Below are positions 15,421 to 30,800 of a stretch of 64,000 bases of DNA, piece by piece. Position numbers and translations under genes: made by a program. This stretch comes from Daphnia carinata (Eukaryota), in assembly GCF_022539665.2 (NCBI RefSeq), contig NC_081333.1:10230001-10294000 (forward strand). The letters are read 5' to 3'. The notes beneath the pieces are model-generated. The model searched no databases, had not been told where the DNA came from, and worked only from the letters and a program-made list of their open reading frames with translations. Position 1 is the first letter of the stretch. The number at the start of each line of letters is the position of its first letter.

Positions 15421-18400
15421 GCTTATGGCATTCATTGATTACGGCCGACGACGCGCCTCTTACTATACAATTCATTATACGTGAGAGAAGAACAACAACG
15501 AGTACGCGCGCCCTGAGGTACACGTACGAGCAATACGCGTTGCGTAGACATCGGATCTGCATGGCTGTGTGGGCGGAGGATGTGACCGCCAATGCACTTC
15601 ATTCCCATCGACAGCCTGTCAATAACGACGCTCCTATTTTTTCTCTCTTTTTTTTTTAGAAGGAACGTGAGGCTAATATTCGAGTTAACTATAGATACAG
15701 CTACTTTTTGTGAAGGGAAAGGGCAACAACAAAATTGTATCTAAAAAAAAGAGGGCGGATGGGGTAGAGCGGTGATGATAAAGGCCAACATGAAACATCA
15801 ATAGTGTATTGATATATAGCTATCGGTCTATTGGCAATCGATACAGTGGGAACGAGGTCTTTATATTTGTTAGTGAGGCTGCCGTATCAAGGGCGTTGAC
15901 GTTTCGTTCCATTAATTTCTGCACGGATGCATTTATTCCCCGTTTTTCTTTTAAATCCGAGAAGAACACGAAAGGGCCTCTAGTGACGTTTCGTTTTTAA
16001 TTCTTTTTTAAACATATGAAGGGAAGAAAAAATAAAAAGAAGCTTCATCCGTAAAGCCCGGCGCTCTCATTTGCCTATCGAATCGAGCGAATGAGAAGGA
16101 CGGCATTTTATGGCATTTATCAAACGGCCTTAAAGCCCCGAACTCAAATTTTAAAAAATTTCTCTAATAAAGCGCGGATGGTTGACTATTAAAATCTCCC
16201 CTTTTAAAAAAATGTGTTTCTTTTTTGTTTTATTCTTAAACTTCTTCCGTTTTTTTTTTTTTTTTATAGAACGATGGGATAAGGTAATAATAATCATATT
16301 CTTTCTTTCTATTCCTCTTGCTCTGTTCATTCGTCTCTTTTTGTTGTTGTTGTTGTTGTTGAGTTCTTGACGTCTGGAACGCAGTGGGGGGGATGCTGGG
16401 GCGAGAACAAGCCGGTGAAGAATGCGCACCTTGACGCAGCCCAACTGAATCCAGGCGAAACAGGGAAAGCAGAGACTAAAATATTAAAACAGAGGGGAAA
16501 GAAATATTGAAAAAAAAAAAAAAAAAAAAGAGCCTTGACTGTAGTGAAATCTCGTTTTTTTTTTTTTAAGAGGAAAAAAAAAAATAAAATAAAAAAAGAG
16601 AGGAAGAAGAATGTCAGGCTAAATACTTTTGGGGTAGCTTATGGGTGGAAGATATACTGCTGCGCTCCACTATATACCTTTGTGTACATAAAACCATATA
16701 CGTATATCTGCTGTAACGTGCAAGGCATGTTCGTTCCGTGTTAGACGTTTGCCTGGTTTTCCTCTCTCCAGTTTCTGATTTTATTTTATATTTTTTTTCC
16801 AGTATTCCTCTGAAATCCTTCACCCCTTATTCTCTCAGCGTCTGCCAACTAACTCTTGATCGTTGACAGAGAAGGAAGACATCGTCTTCTGTCTTACAAG
16901 GAAATCATAGCTGTCACCCAACTGTTTTTTTTTTTTTTTTTACTCTCCATTCGGTTTTGAAGCTTTTTTTTGTTTTGTTTTTTTTAAAGGCATCTCCTAT
17001 TTGAAATATAGTATGGAAAGAAAAAAAGAAAAGAAAGGAGAATACTAGTAACGACGCTTGTAGTCTATATAGGAAATATTATCCTTTTTTGTCGCTTTTT
17101 TTTTTCAATTCTTATTTGTTTGTTATATTCCCTCATTTTCGTTTTGTTGTTTCTGCCCTCTGCGTTCTTTTTTTTTTTTTTTTTCTTTCTTTCTTTCTTT
17201 AGCGCAGTCCTATCTTTTTCCGCTTGTCTTTCTTTAAAATTATATTCCTCCCTTCTCTTTATGTGTGGCTCTGTGTTGTATACTCCCCTCAGGAAATGAA
17301 AGAAAATATCACGCCGCGCCATTTTGCGCCTATAGCTCTCCCGCTTTTTTTTTCCCTCCCGTCTCTCTCTCTCTCTCTCTCTCTCTCTCCTTTTCTCTTC
17401 TCTTCGTATACCATAAGGGGCGTCGTTCCTTTTTTGGATCAAAAAGGAAAAAAAAAAAAAAAAAAAAAAAAAAAGGAAAAAAAATAGACGAAATAGAAAA
17501 GAAATAGAAGAAGAAGGTTGACTTTCTTCTTTTCCATCTTATAGATCCTCCTCCTCCACCGGAGGAGGATTGGAAAGGAGACAAGGCGGAGGGCAGCAAA
17601 AAAAAAAATAAATAAAAAAAATAAAATAAAATGAAATAAAATAAAATAACAAGGGCTGCCATCGTCGGTTTCGAGACGCTGCCGACGCCCGCCGAGGCCA
17701 GCAACATCTCCCATCGTTCGAATTGCGAGGCGCCCTTCGCTCCTTTTTCCCCGTCTCGTCGTTCTCTCTCTCTCTCCCTTCTCCTCATTGATCTCTCGAT
17801 AGATAGAAGAGATATATAGTGAAAGGAGAAGAAGAAGAAGCGGAGAGCCAAAGACAAAAAAAGAAAAAGACGAGCATCCAGGAGAAAAAAGAAAAAAGAA
17901 AAAAGAAAAAAGAAAAAAAAAAGAAAACTATATAGTCGTTTCCTACTCCTCCCTCTTTCACGCAGAGACCTATCCATCAGAGGCTGCCTCTCTCTCTCTG
18001 GTGTACCATCTTCTTTTTTCTGCCTTTCTCTCTCGCCCTCTCTCTTTTGCTCTCCTTCTTTACTCGCTATCTTCTATATATATATATATATGTATATATA
18101 TATAAATGTGTGTAGTTGTGTTGCCTGCTTCAACTTTATTTGAGGGACCCTCCGCGTTCGCTTACTTCTATTTATTTAACTTTTTTTTTTTATATTTATA
18201 TATATATCCGACGCGGTTTCCACGTGTGTCTTTTTCTCTGTTTGTTTTTCTTTTCCTATTCCATCAGTTTTCTAGAAATTTTTTGTTTTATTATTTTTTT
18301 TTTTCAACGGTAAAAATACATTGGAACATGAATACCGATGTACACACACGTAGGATTGAGTTAAGGTGCCAACAATACGGGCATAACACCGGGCAAAACC

Positions 18401-20349
18401 AAGACAGAAAAAAAAAGTGCAATTACATTAATTTATGGGACGCATTTCGGTTTGATGTTCTCATTGCGATGACTTTCTTTATTTTCAGATGGCTCGTTAA
18501 AATCCAGGTGATTAGCAAAATGATTGTAAGAAAGGTCATCAAGAAGTAATGGCAAAAAAAAACAAACAAAAACAAACAAACGCAATCATGAATAAGGAAG
18601 AAAATCGGATGAAAAATGAAGTGAAAAATGAATTAAGAGTCGCCAGTGGCGACGGACGTTCCGCCTTTATGCAAATCTCATTTGCTCCCGTTTTTCCACT
18701 ATTCTTCCGCTGCAAACATTCCGGTTTTTGCTTTCTCATATCAGTTCTTATGGTTTCTGCGTTTATCAGGCAAAACAAAAAAAAAACAAAAAAAAAACAA
18801 AAAAAACAACGTCGAAAAATAACGGATGCAAATCGAAAAAAAAAATAATAATCCGATTTTTGTATCAATTTTCATAGGTGAAATGGTGCTATCCGTAATG
18901 AGTTTTTATATACACAGACAATTAAGCGTTCCTCTTCTTCTGCCAACCTCTTTCTCTTAAAAAAAATGAGCCTGAAAGTCTCCGGGCAGGAAAAGCTCTG
19001 GACAAAAAAAAAAACAAAAAAAAACAAAAAAAAAACCGCACGACACAAAATCAAAAAGAAAATATAAAAAACAGGGTCTCCTTTTTTTTTTTTTGCCTGT
19101 AAAAGAAAAACACATTCCTAAGAGGCGGTATCACGCTCGCGATTTTTTTTTTCTTTCGTTGTTGTTGTCGTGACTGCCGAGTCAACGTTCTTCCTTTATT
19201 TCATTTTCTTTTTTTTTTTTTTTTGTTTTTTTTCCCCATCTGCCTCCCCCTTCCCCATCTGTCCGTCGCCCGGAGGGCCAGCATCATCTATACATAACGG
19301 GACCAATTATATTATATGACTTTCGACGAGAATTGCAATGTCCAACAGAGTCTAACCAAACCCGGTTCCTTCTACTAAAATATATAGGATATGTCCCTTG
19401 TAGTTTTGTGTTTTTCCTTCTTTCTCTCTCTCTCTTTATTTTTGTTCTTGAACAATTCCTCGATCCGGGATTTTTTTTTTTTTTTCTCCGCCCTCCGGCC
19501 GGATGATTTGGTTCAATGGCATTAAAGGCAAAAACAAAAAAAAATAATAATAAATAAAAAAATGAGCCAACTGTGACGAGTTTTATTAGCCGTAATAATA
19601 CTGTCATTCGTATACACGGCCAAATACTTGTAGTGTACCAAATGAAGAGAAGTTGCCCTGTGAAGAAATAAATTCTAGCACTTTAACAGTTAAAAAAAAA
19701 AAAAAATAATAATAAAAATAGAGATCATGTATAGATTAATGCAGAGCAAATGTTTTTGGCATTTTTCTTTCCTATTGACTTAAAATGTATTTGGCGTTTT
19801 GCAGCCATTCTAAGGGTTGATGCGTACAGGAAGAAGAAGCGCATACAAAAGCAGCAAGTTAAAAACAAAACAAAACACAAAAAAAAAAAAGAGGTGATTG
19901 TTCTCTACATGCAATCATATCTACTTAGTCATTCTGGCGGGATATTGATGCCTGATTGCGAGAGACCGGCAAATCGCATAACGCGTGCGCTTTTCTTTAT
20001 ATGTCCCTCCTCCTCTTTCTCCTCCTACCCGATCACACCATCTCTTTATTTTTTATCCGCCCCGTCTATTCGCTCTTCAATGTTGATAAGTCCCTTTTTT
20101 TTTTTTTTTTTCGCCCGCTCTTCGTAACTACCAAGCAGCACGACGTATATAAATATAGTCAAACGGGAGTCGACTTATCGACACGACGCAAAGGGGCCGG
20201 ATGAAATGACAACAACAACGCAAAAATAAAAAAAAAAAAAAAAAAAAAAAGGAAAAAAATTTGAAATCGACTCGGCAGAACTGGAAACTTCAAACGGTGT
20301 CACGAGCAAAAGATCAAGGCGGTACATGTCAACATAATCCAACCCCCTC

Positions 20350-20384
<35 letters not shown>

Positions 20385-21494
20385 AGGAAACATCAAGAAA
20401 AGATTGCGGGAAAGTCAAGCGACTCTCGTACGTTCGTTCGTCCTTTGTTCGAAAGCCTACGCAGAATGAAATACGCAGAATGCTCTCCCCAATACTGAAG
20501 GGCTTTTAGCTGTTTTTCTTCTTTCTATCAAAGAGCAGTAGGAGATCCATATAAAATTGATGTCTTTATACCTCGGCTAAATGGACGTGTGTGATTCTTA
20601 CGAAGTACAAACAAACGTCAAAATACAAGAAAACAAAGAGGTGCGCGTTACAGTCGATAGTTTTTGCCGCTGCAGGATCTACTACCAGCAACAGGGGCCA
20701 GCGACGATAACACAATGTCTGATATATGGAAGCGCTAAAGGAGAGTCTCAGCGTCGCTTTGGGATGTCGCGTGTATTAAGGGGAGAAACAGAGAGCGCGT
20801 GTCCAGTCAATAGAGCCGCTGCTTTTGCAGACCGAGTTCCGTTCTGATAATAATAATACAACAACCTAAAAAAGAAAAAAAAGGGAGCCGGGAATTGAAC
20901 GGACAAAAAAGAAATGGCGGTCTGGTACGTATAACAAGTGGGGAAAAATGGAAATAAGAAAAGATAAAAGAAAAAAAAAGGAGAGAGTGGAAATAAAAAA
21001 AAAACAAAAAAGGGTGATGGCGGTGGCGCTGGTAAATCGGGGGGACGTGCGCGATGCACCGCCTGCCACCGCGACGCTTGCCACTCCGTGCAGCTCTCAT
21101 TACCATAAGTGACGACGCAATAGCTTCCCCCCCTCCTTCCTCTACTCTTTTTTTTTTTTTTTTATCCCGACCTCCTCTCTCTCTTTCACATACGAGTACA
21201 CACACAATAACAACAGCATCAAAACAGGAAGCTCCCCCCCCCCCACCCCATTGCTCTTGCCACCTCTTTCTTTATATTTCCGTTAGTTTTCTCTCTTCTA
21301 TCCTTACTATTCTTTTTCTATTTTTTTTTTTTTTAATTCTCTTCATCGGTTCCGGCGACGCCATTGCCCAATCCCCCCCTCCCCTTCCCGTCCACAGTCT
21401 CCATCTTGCCACCCTGTGCGAAGCCTCTAAAGATATCGATCGCACTTATATACACGCAGCGTTGTGCTCTCTGCGCCTCTTCTTTTTGGCCACC

Positions 21495-21533
<39 letters not shown>

Positions 21534-24500
21534 TCCCTCTCTCTTTCTCCTGTCTGTCCGTCTGTCTTTGTCCATCACGCCACCGGAACTGGTGCGGATA
21601 GCAATTCCAACCCTATGTTAATCAAGCGACTCCTCTTGATGCGCTCGCTCAATCTCTGCCTTCCTCGCTTGCTCTCTCTCGCTCTCTCTCAATCTGTGTG
21701 TTATAGATGAAACCCCCCTTTTTTTTTTTTTTTTTTTTTTTTTTTGGATTTTTGTTTTTATTCCACTACACGTCAGTTACATAAAGGACATGCCTCCCTC
21801 ATTGTTTTCCCCCCGCTTTTTTTTTTGTTCTATCGTCTATAGAAAACATTAAGGACGGTGAGGTTCGTCGAAGAGCATTTAAAAACCCTAATCATTCAAA
21901 GCCTGCGGGAAAGGCAGCCTTTTTCATTATTGAAAGGCGATCAAAAAATCAGACGGAAGTTGATCCGACAGTTACCGGTTAACTGAATAACGGAGCCAGT
22001 TAGAAGGGCCACGGTATCAGTTTTTTTTTTTAGCGCAACTATAGAAAAGCGGAGGTGGCGGGGTGCTTTATGGCCGGCCACACGACCGCCCTACTTTCGT
22101 TCCTCGTCATCATCCATAATATAGACAAGGCGAAGGGGCGCACGGGACGGAAAACTATGACGGCCGAACCGACGGAAAAATGCGATATATAAGCGATGAA
22201 GAAGAAGAAGAAAAAAGAAAAAAAAAAAAAAAAGAGACAAAAATAATAATAATATTCTCTTATAAAAAGGAAATATAAGAGAGAGGCCCCCAGTGCGTTC
22301 TGACTTTCCCACGCAACCTATTGACCAATGCACTGTTTGTAATATCTTTCTCTCTCTCTCTCTCTCTGTACCGCTCCTGCTGCTCTCTCTCTCTCTCTCT
22401 CTCTCTCCCTTTTTCTATTCTTTATTCTTCTCTGTCTCTCCCCTCTTACCCAATATGATGTTTGTGTTTGTGTGTTGCCGTAGATGTGGATGGATCTAGA
22501 AGCTATAGAGAGGCCAACTAGGAGGGTGTTCCGTCAAGTAAGAGAAGTGCATCTATTTAGTTTTTCCCTTGTCAGAGGAGGACGGCTGATAGGAAAGAGG
22601 AGGAAAAAGAGGGTGGGAAATGGTGTGGCTGTGCGACGTGTATGTGGGGAAAGATTTTAAAAAATAAAAGAGAATCGGTGGAATTTTTCTTCTTCTTCTT
22701 CTTCTTCTTCCTCTTCTCAAGAAGAGACGAGAAGGAAAGAAAAAAAAGGAGACCTTCTTTTTTTTTTTTCTTGTTGTTTGTTGTGTTTGCATGAAAAGAG
22801 AATGGAGAAACTGGATGGATCCAATACAATCCAGTCCCTTCCCATTCCGGCATGGATTTTTTTTTTTCTTTCCCAAAGGCGGAACCCCATAACGTTTCTT
22901 TTCCTTAGCGATGAAGCTCTGTTTTCCAGTTTGTGCTGCCTCTTCAACTGAGCTCTCGACGTTCGTCTTCTTTTTTGTTCGCTCTCTTCAATTCTGTATA
23001 CAAGCAAACAAGAAAACCTATATAATTCCAAAAACCATTCATCGCCAATGTCCCCCTATCTTTGTATATATATATATATATTTTGTTTCCCCCCTCTCTC
23101 TTAAATGTTGATGTACTTTAGATTTCTTTTTTTATTATTATTATTGCCTTTGATTTACGTTCTGTTTGTATCACCCTCGTCATTGGTTACAACCTCGTGA
23201 AACGCGTAGGGGAGGAACTTGTGTATTTTTCATTTCCAATGCGTTTCAAAACCGCATTCTAACGATGTATTCGACCAGCTTCGAAGGGTTTGCCCGATGT
23301 TCTACATTCATTTGCATTTCTTTGTCTTTTTGAATTGTATCGGTGCCGTTTTCTTCCTACTCCTTTTCTTTCAACTTACTGTCTTCCCCTTTTTTTTTTC
23401 TCTCTTTTTGAGGAAATAGCAAAAGGAAAAAGGAGACCGGATCTAGGTCGATACATGGTTATACTACCCTACTCTAGCTACCGCTGTGGCATCCTACAAC
23501 GCCGTCTAGCGTTTCCTGTCCGTCCACAGTTGTGATGCTTTTTTTTTTTTTAATTCTTCTTCATCATCTTCCCCATCGACGTACACGTATCGTACGAATG
23601 CTTAACCGGTTGCCTTCTCTCCTGCTATATCCGTTCGATGGATAGAAACGAGCGCTCCAAACACATCTACGGATTCTTCGTGTTTTTTGGGTTTTTTTTT
23701 TTCTTCCCCTATGTTCGTCCGTGTGTTCTCCTCTGTTTTTGTATTATTGTTGTCGGCTTTATCTTCATCTCTTTCGTCCTTTTTTTTTTTTTCTTCTTTC
23801 TTTTCCTTTTCCCCTCCGTTCCCATTCGACGGTCTCAACTTGTTGACAGGAAGTGTCTTTCTCTCTGTGCTCTCGTTCGTCCCTCAACCCAACTTGTCCG
23901 ACCGACATCGTTTTGACGTCCTCGCACGCCGTTCCAAGGCCAGCAAAAAGCGTCAGACAACCTTAAAAAGAGCAAAAAAAAAAAAATTTAATAAATAAAT
24001 AACATAGAAAAGAACATACGTATAGTTTTTTTTCCTTTTTTAAAAAGCTCTTTCCATTCGATGGCTTCAGCCAGTCATCAGTTCAACAACGGCCTATTAT
24101 TCTTTTTCTTTTTTTTTTTTTTTTTTTTTTGATATTTAAGAGATACATAGAATATGCATTCGGTTATTGTATCCTTGACACATTATCGTCACACGTAGCG
24201 AAGCATTGAACGAGAAGCCTACTGTGCTTCTTGCTTTTGTTGGACACGTGACGGATGCCGTCTCATTGTTTACGACCTAGAAGGTCGGCCGGTGTCGAAA
24301 GGTTATCCCGACAACAGGGAGACAAGTGATTGGCTGATTTGACCGCAATCGCAGTTAAATAGAAAGTGTGCGCAAAACATTACGAAAAGCTGAAAAATAA
24401 AATGAACAAAGCGACCGATGCGTAACGCGACCAAATAAAAAACGACAAAAAAACATGCGAAATTCAAGTAGAAAATGTTTGTGAATATGCCAATGTCCGA

Positions 24501-24777
24501 CCGACCACCTTGAAAGCGCTCACCAACCAAACCAGAGAGAGAGAGAGAAAAAAGGGACTCGCGATGGATGACGAATTGTGCAGAGAGAAAGCGAAACAAA
24601 GGAAATAATGTAATAACGAGAGAAGGGAGGTGGGGGGGGGAGGAGTAATGTATAAAGCTACTTCTGCTACCGCTATATACACTGAGTGATGTCACGTAGA
24701 GAGAGAGTGCCACCACCGCCCCACAAAACGAACCGAATTGTTGGGATTAAATTAGAGATTTTTATTTTGTTTTGTTT

Positions 24778-24815
<38 letters not shown>

Positions 24816-27800
24816 TGTGTGTCCCCATTGCTGCTGTTCGACGATGCCATCCACCTCAACAGAGTGGAATGTCGTGAATGTGGAGACGATGCAGCGGTGG
24901 CGGTGCATAGCGCAACATAGCGCCGTCATCACCCGAACATTCGTGTGCGTTCCCTTCCACTATATATCTATTTTTCTTTTCTTTGCCTGGCGTTCCATTG
25001 CCACCGTCTGTCTCGTATATAGGGGTATAGAAAGGCAAAGACAGTGTATAGAACAGGCGGCGTCCGCGTTCAGAAAAAAATAAAATATAATCAAATAAAA
25101 AACAAGTTTGTCCGCCTTTTCCAGTCGTTTCGTGTACGGCATTTGTTGCGGCGGATGGCCTCTTCAGGTGAACGAAACTTTAAGAAAAGAGAGGAGAAAT
25201 GCGTGAAAAAAAAAAAAGAATTTAAAGAAAGAAAAAAAAAAAATACAAGGAGGAAGGCAGAAGAAGAAAGGAATCCGCAGGGTAATGACAACAAGCGAGA
25301 AAGAGAGTCAGTCCTCGTTTTCTTTTCTCGTTTTCATTTCTTTCTTTCTGCTTATTTTTTTTTTTTTTCTCCTTCTTTTGTTATTATTATTATTTTTCTT
25401 TTTGAATATGGCGCGCGGTGAAGCGAGACTTCGTGACTATGGCAGCCGATTGTTTTAATCACATCATCTCGGTTCGTTCGAGTCCGACGGCAGTAATTCG
25501 AACGAAGGAGAAAAAGAAAAAGAAATAATAATAATAATAATAGGTAAAATGCAATTCAATGAAAAGGTGCATAGGCTGAAAAGAATGGGAGAGAAAAAGG
25601 GGAGTTTGGAATGCCCAGGCAAACAAAAGAGGAGGAATATGTTGTGAGCTATAGGCGAACACCAGCGCAACAAACAATTTTCATTCGTGTGCATAGTTAA
25701 AGAATAAGAAGAAGAAAAAAATAGACTGTGAAGAGGAGAGGGAGAGAGAGAGGACACCTTTTTTCCCACTGAGGTCGTATAGGTCACCTGTCACTAATAT
25801 TCCTATCAAAAAAGAAAAAGAAAAAATGGAAGAACGCAAGACAAATAAAGAAGACAATTCTTCGGAAACTCGTCGTTTTGGCTAAATTAAAGTTCTGTTT
25901 CCGTCCTTTTTTTTTTTTTTTCTTTTCTACGCGATGTTATATTTTTCATTATCTTTTTCTACTTCGCTTTTCTTTTCTTTATACCGGTGAAATAAAAAAA
26001 GCGACCAGCAAAAGTGTGAGAGAAGGAACGCGAGAGAAACAAATCCCGTTGCCTGTTCCGAGGCTAATGGCCTCGCCTCTTGCACCGTACAACTATTCAG
26101 TCACGTTCGTTTCATTTCTTTTGTTTTGTTTTCTCTCTTCCTCTCTTTTTCTTTCCTTTTTTTTTTTTTTTTTTTAAATAAACGAATGAATCTGCCATTC
26201 GATGTATGCAAGTTCTGCGCAACACGAAACGCACAACAAAAAAAAAAAACAAACAGCCAAAATAAGAAGAGACACGGTGAAGAAGAAGAAGAAGAAAAAA
26301 AAAAAAAAGAACTCCGAAATCGCTTATCTGAAGAAGAAGAAGAAGAGGCAGAAGAAGAAGAACATTGAAGACAAAACTGCTAATCGAATAGCATCAAAGA
26401 GGATTCGACTGCAACGGCACATCCGGGCGCAATGTCTTTTAACGCCTTAAAAAGAGAATCACCTTCACCGCGGAGACGTGTTAAGGAATGTTAAGTCTAG
26501 ATTTCTTTTTTGTTGTTGTTGTTGAAGTATAATATACTATCCCCATTTCTACATGGACGCAAAAAAAAAAACTCAAAAATAAACTAAGAAAAGGTAAGAA
26601 AAAAAAAAAAATAGATAAAATGAAAAGATCCTGGTTTTCTAAAGATTTGTCGGCCAACCCAAACGGAGATGTTTCAATGGTCACAGTATAATAATCAAGC
26701 GAGAGAAGAATATAATGATCACATGCCCTTGTGTGTCGATAATAAAATCGAACATGTACGAATGAATGAAAAATGACATGGAAAAAAAGAATAGAAGAGC
26801 GATGCATCTCGGCCATTGGGCGCATTTAAAAAAGAACGACGAAAATAAAAGAATTTTGGAAGAAAGCCAAAGAAATTAGATACAAAAGCTTTATCCTTAA
26901 ATTTTTCATTTGATTTTTCTCTCTCATCCTAGTAAAAAAAAATAAATAACTACTCCATTGAATATATCCTGACATTTGAAAGCCGATGTGTGTAACGATG
27001 ACACAGTCAAAGAGCACGGGACAATGACGCAATCGAAAACTCCTCCTTCTAGTACATCAAACTCCCCCGCAATCGGCTGCTCTATAATCCTCTTCGGCTC
27101 TTGTTTCATGTACTTGTTATCCAAAAGTCGACGATGACGCAGTACCACCATTTCGCACACACTCCGCGAGCGCGTCGCTTTCTGTTTTTAATTCCTGGCC
27201 GGATTAAAAGAAAAGAAAAACTAACCCCTCGATCTACCCCGTTAAGAAAGCGTGTGTGTGTGTGTGCTGTTTTATAGATTGATGGTATAACAATCGGTTA
27301 CCGACAAGCACTAGGAGGAGCTTGCGTCATCATCTTTTCTTACACCCACCTATCTTCCTTTTTTTTTTTGTTGTTGTGTTGGCCCTCTCTTTTTTCTTCT
27401 TGTACATGCGTGTATATATATATATATATACACTCCCGCTCTCTTTTCACTCTGATTCGCCAAGTATATGGCAGCGTTTGGAGGGAAGGAAAAAAAAAAT
27501 AGATGTAACATGTCCCTTTCTCTCCTTCTCGTCGTCGCTCCATCAACATAGAGAGAGCGAGTCTTTCTGCGCTCTTTTCTTGATTTAAGCCGGAATATAT
27601 ACAGTATATATATATATATATTGGAGAATATATATGGGAGCGGAAGGCCGGGGCTGATGAACGGATACGTACAATGGCGTGTATATGGAAGGACGGCTTA
27701 AAAGGCGAAGGAAGAAAAAAAAAAAAAAAAAGAAGAGAAGAAAATAACAAGAAAGGATAATAGAGAGAGAGAAGGAACGAGGACAACAACACCCGAAGAA

Positions 27801-30800
27801 TTGTATTATATACAATAGGCACACATGCACATCTAACAGACACACACCCATATAAATATCATAATAATCATACGAGAATAAAAAAAAAAAAAAAAGAAGA
27901 CGCGTAAATGTTTATATAGGAGAACCTGACTGCATTTCTTCGGCCTTCCATCCGCCATCTTTTTATCCGCCTTCTTTTTTTCTTTCTCGTTTCTCATGTG
28001 TTGGTCAATACATTATGTAGCCCCAACCATTCGAGCAGTTACTTCTTTCTTTTCTTCTTGTCGCTCACCGGTCCTAATTTATTTTTTATTTCTTCCCCCT
28101 TTTTTTTTTTTTTTTTTTTTTGTCCTTTCCACTTTTCTCTTTTCTTCGGCTGTTTTCCGCTTCTCTATTCTTTTCGAAACACGACCAAAAAAAAAAATAT
28201 ATAGGAGAATGACGCAGAGTTAACGTGAAATTTCCAACGTGTGGGAGGAAAGTAAAGTTTAAAAAAATAAATAAATAAATAAATAAAAGCTAAGGTTATA
28301 ACCAGCGACGAACGTGTCCCGTCCACCCTGGTCGTTGATTGTTTCCTTTTTGCCTTGGATCTCGTTTTTTGTGTGTTGTTTAAATTCTCGTCTCTCTCTC
28401 TTTTTGTGTGTGGCCTAATAATGGATTGAAGCGGGCAAACGAAAACAGAAAATGAAGCGTGTCATCGCCAACAGTCACGGACTCGACCTGATGCATATGA
28501 CATTATAACTGTCTGTACGTTCGTCCGTCATTCACGGTGGTCAAACTAGAAGGAGGCCATTTGTCGAATACGACCCTTCTTTTTTATATGTATATTTTAT
28601 TCTTACAAATTTCTAAACAGAAATGGAAGATAAATATAAAATCAACGGAGCGAATGACCGACTACCATGCAAATAACCTCAAAGGCTTGTTTTCGGGCTG
28701 CGGGAGAAGACAGTAGGAGGGCTGGCATCTAATAGTCCGACCACCCTCAACCGCCCACTTAGAAAAAAAGATCAAGAACGAAAAAAAAAAAAGAAGAAAA
28801 AAATCTGAGACAGAAACATAGTGAAAAATGTTTGGCGAAAATATCTCCGCGTGTTGTCCCGCCGTGGGCTGGGTGGTGGGGGCGGGAAGGTCCTATTTAC
28901 GTAACAAGTGTAGCGCTTAATAGGCTGCGGATGGACTGCTAAAGCCGTAAGGTAAACTCTTGTGGCTCTTTAGCCACCATCATCCTCTCTTTTTTTTTTT
29001 TATTTTTCGCTGTTGTCCGGGAAACGACCGCAATGCCGTCGCCAATCCGTCGGCGGGTGGGGGCCTTTCGGGTGCTGCTGGTGATGGAAATAAATCAACG
29101 AAAGACCGCCAAGAAACAAACGAAAGACACCGCGCTGCAGATTTGTGTAAAGGTTTTGTGTTTTTTTTCTTCTTTTGTTTGCAATGGAATCGAGGGAAAA
29201 CATTTCAAAGCGATCGAGCAGCACTTGCCGCTCTCATCCGCACCTCATCGTCAATGGGCGATGACGGACAAGGAGCTGACGGGCCACAGCTCAAAGACAC
29301 CGCAGCGTTCACCGGCTCTTGCCATGAAACAAATCCTGCCACATTGGTCGGCTTCTTGCGCCAAATCGACCCAGATAAAAATATAAAGAATTCAGCAGGA
29401 CCCGACATCCAAAAAAGCATTCAATAAAAATGGAAGCAAAAAAAAAAAAAAAATAAATAGGAGTGTGGAGTATATATACACAGAGTTCTTAGGGGAGTGC
29501 GTTTTTCAAGGATCGTTAGTACGGAATTAGTCGAGGTGGAAATAGCCTCATCAATACACCTCCCCTCTCGGTTTCGCTCCTTTCGATTCTCGAAGCTGTG
29601 TAGACCTCCTGCGCGCGACGAGCTGCTGTTAGGCCCCACTTTCGTCGAACGAAGGGCATCGTGACGCTGTCAGTCTGTTCTCTCGCACACTCTTCTCTTT
29701 CGCAGAGAGAGAGAGAGAGAGAAAAGACCAAGAAGAGGCGCGTGTGTGCATCTTTCCATTAGACACCATCGAAGGGGGGGTGGGGGGTTGCCACTGTTTG
29801 ACAGAAATAGCTCTTCGTCTCTCTCTTTTTTCCTACCATCTTTCTTCGCGAGATGCGGGAAAATTCCAGGGCCTACGCACGACAGCGAAGTTTGGGAGGG
29901 AGGGGGGGGGGGGGGATGAAAAAAAAAGAAGAGAAACAGCAGTCCGTCTTGTTTAGTGGTAGCAAATATGTAGAAATATGGAAGTAATGGAGAAGGCAGG
30001 GCAGAAAAAAAAGGAGGGGGTCCCGTCTTTTTTATCTTTTTGTTCCGCCAGGCTGCATGTTGAATGCATCTGCATCCGCCCTTCTACCGCACGCAGGAAT
30101 GGCGATACTCGGCGTCTGGCCAGTGACTCGATGACATTTCACTTTTCTCCCTTTTTTTTTTTTCTATGTTAATTCCATCATCTTTATTTTTATTGTTTTT
30201 TCATTTCTTCTTCTTCGTTCCGTGTGTAGTCTGTTGCTTTTTTTTATCGCATTATTTAGTTGGCCTTCTTTCATTTTTTCTTTCCTAACTAAAGCAATTC
30301 TCATCTCCCATTCCGTCATCGGTTTTCACGAGGGGTTTCCCTTTTTCCCGTTGCGCAACCGTTTCCTCCTTGACATTTTTTCAAAAAGAAACAATGCCGT
30401 TGCATCCGCAATTGAAATCAGCTCCGATTCAAAATTTTCCCGCTTTCCAACGTACATGCGCAACCATAACGAAGTATGCAAAACAGCTCGTATTTACATA
30501 CGTAACTCCGGAACTACCATAGTCTTTTAGCTCGGGCGCAGCAACGCTTTAATTTCCCCTCTGTTTTTTTTTTTTTTAATATTTTTACTCCATAGATTTA
30601 AATGGAATGCGGCAAATGTCCGTGGCTCTCCGTCATTTTTCTTTCTGCAGCTGATCGGAGACAATGTAATAATAATATTTTTTAAAAACAGGAGAAAGAA
30701 ACGCTGGTGTGTATGATCTCTCTATCGGGAATAGTACGCATTCTACGGTGTTGCTTCTGGAAATATTATTATCACGCGAACGGAGAGACGATATGATAGT

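Noticed and set aside
15360..15438. Poly-Ala/poly-Gln exon suggested by the CTG tract
   Set aside because: The poly-Gln frame is interrupted by TAG, and I found no convincing splice sites or coding flanks.
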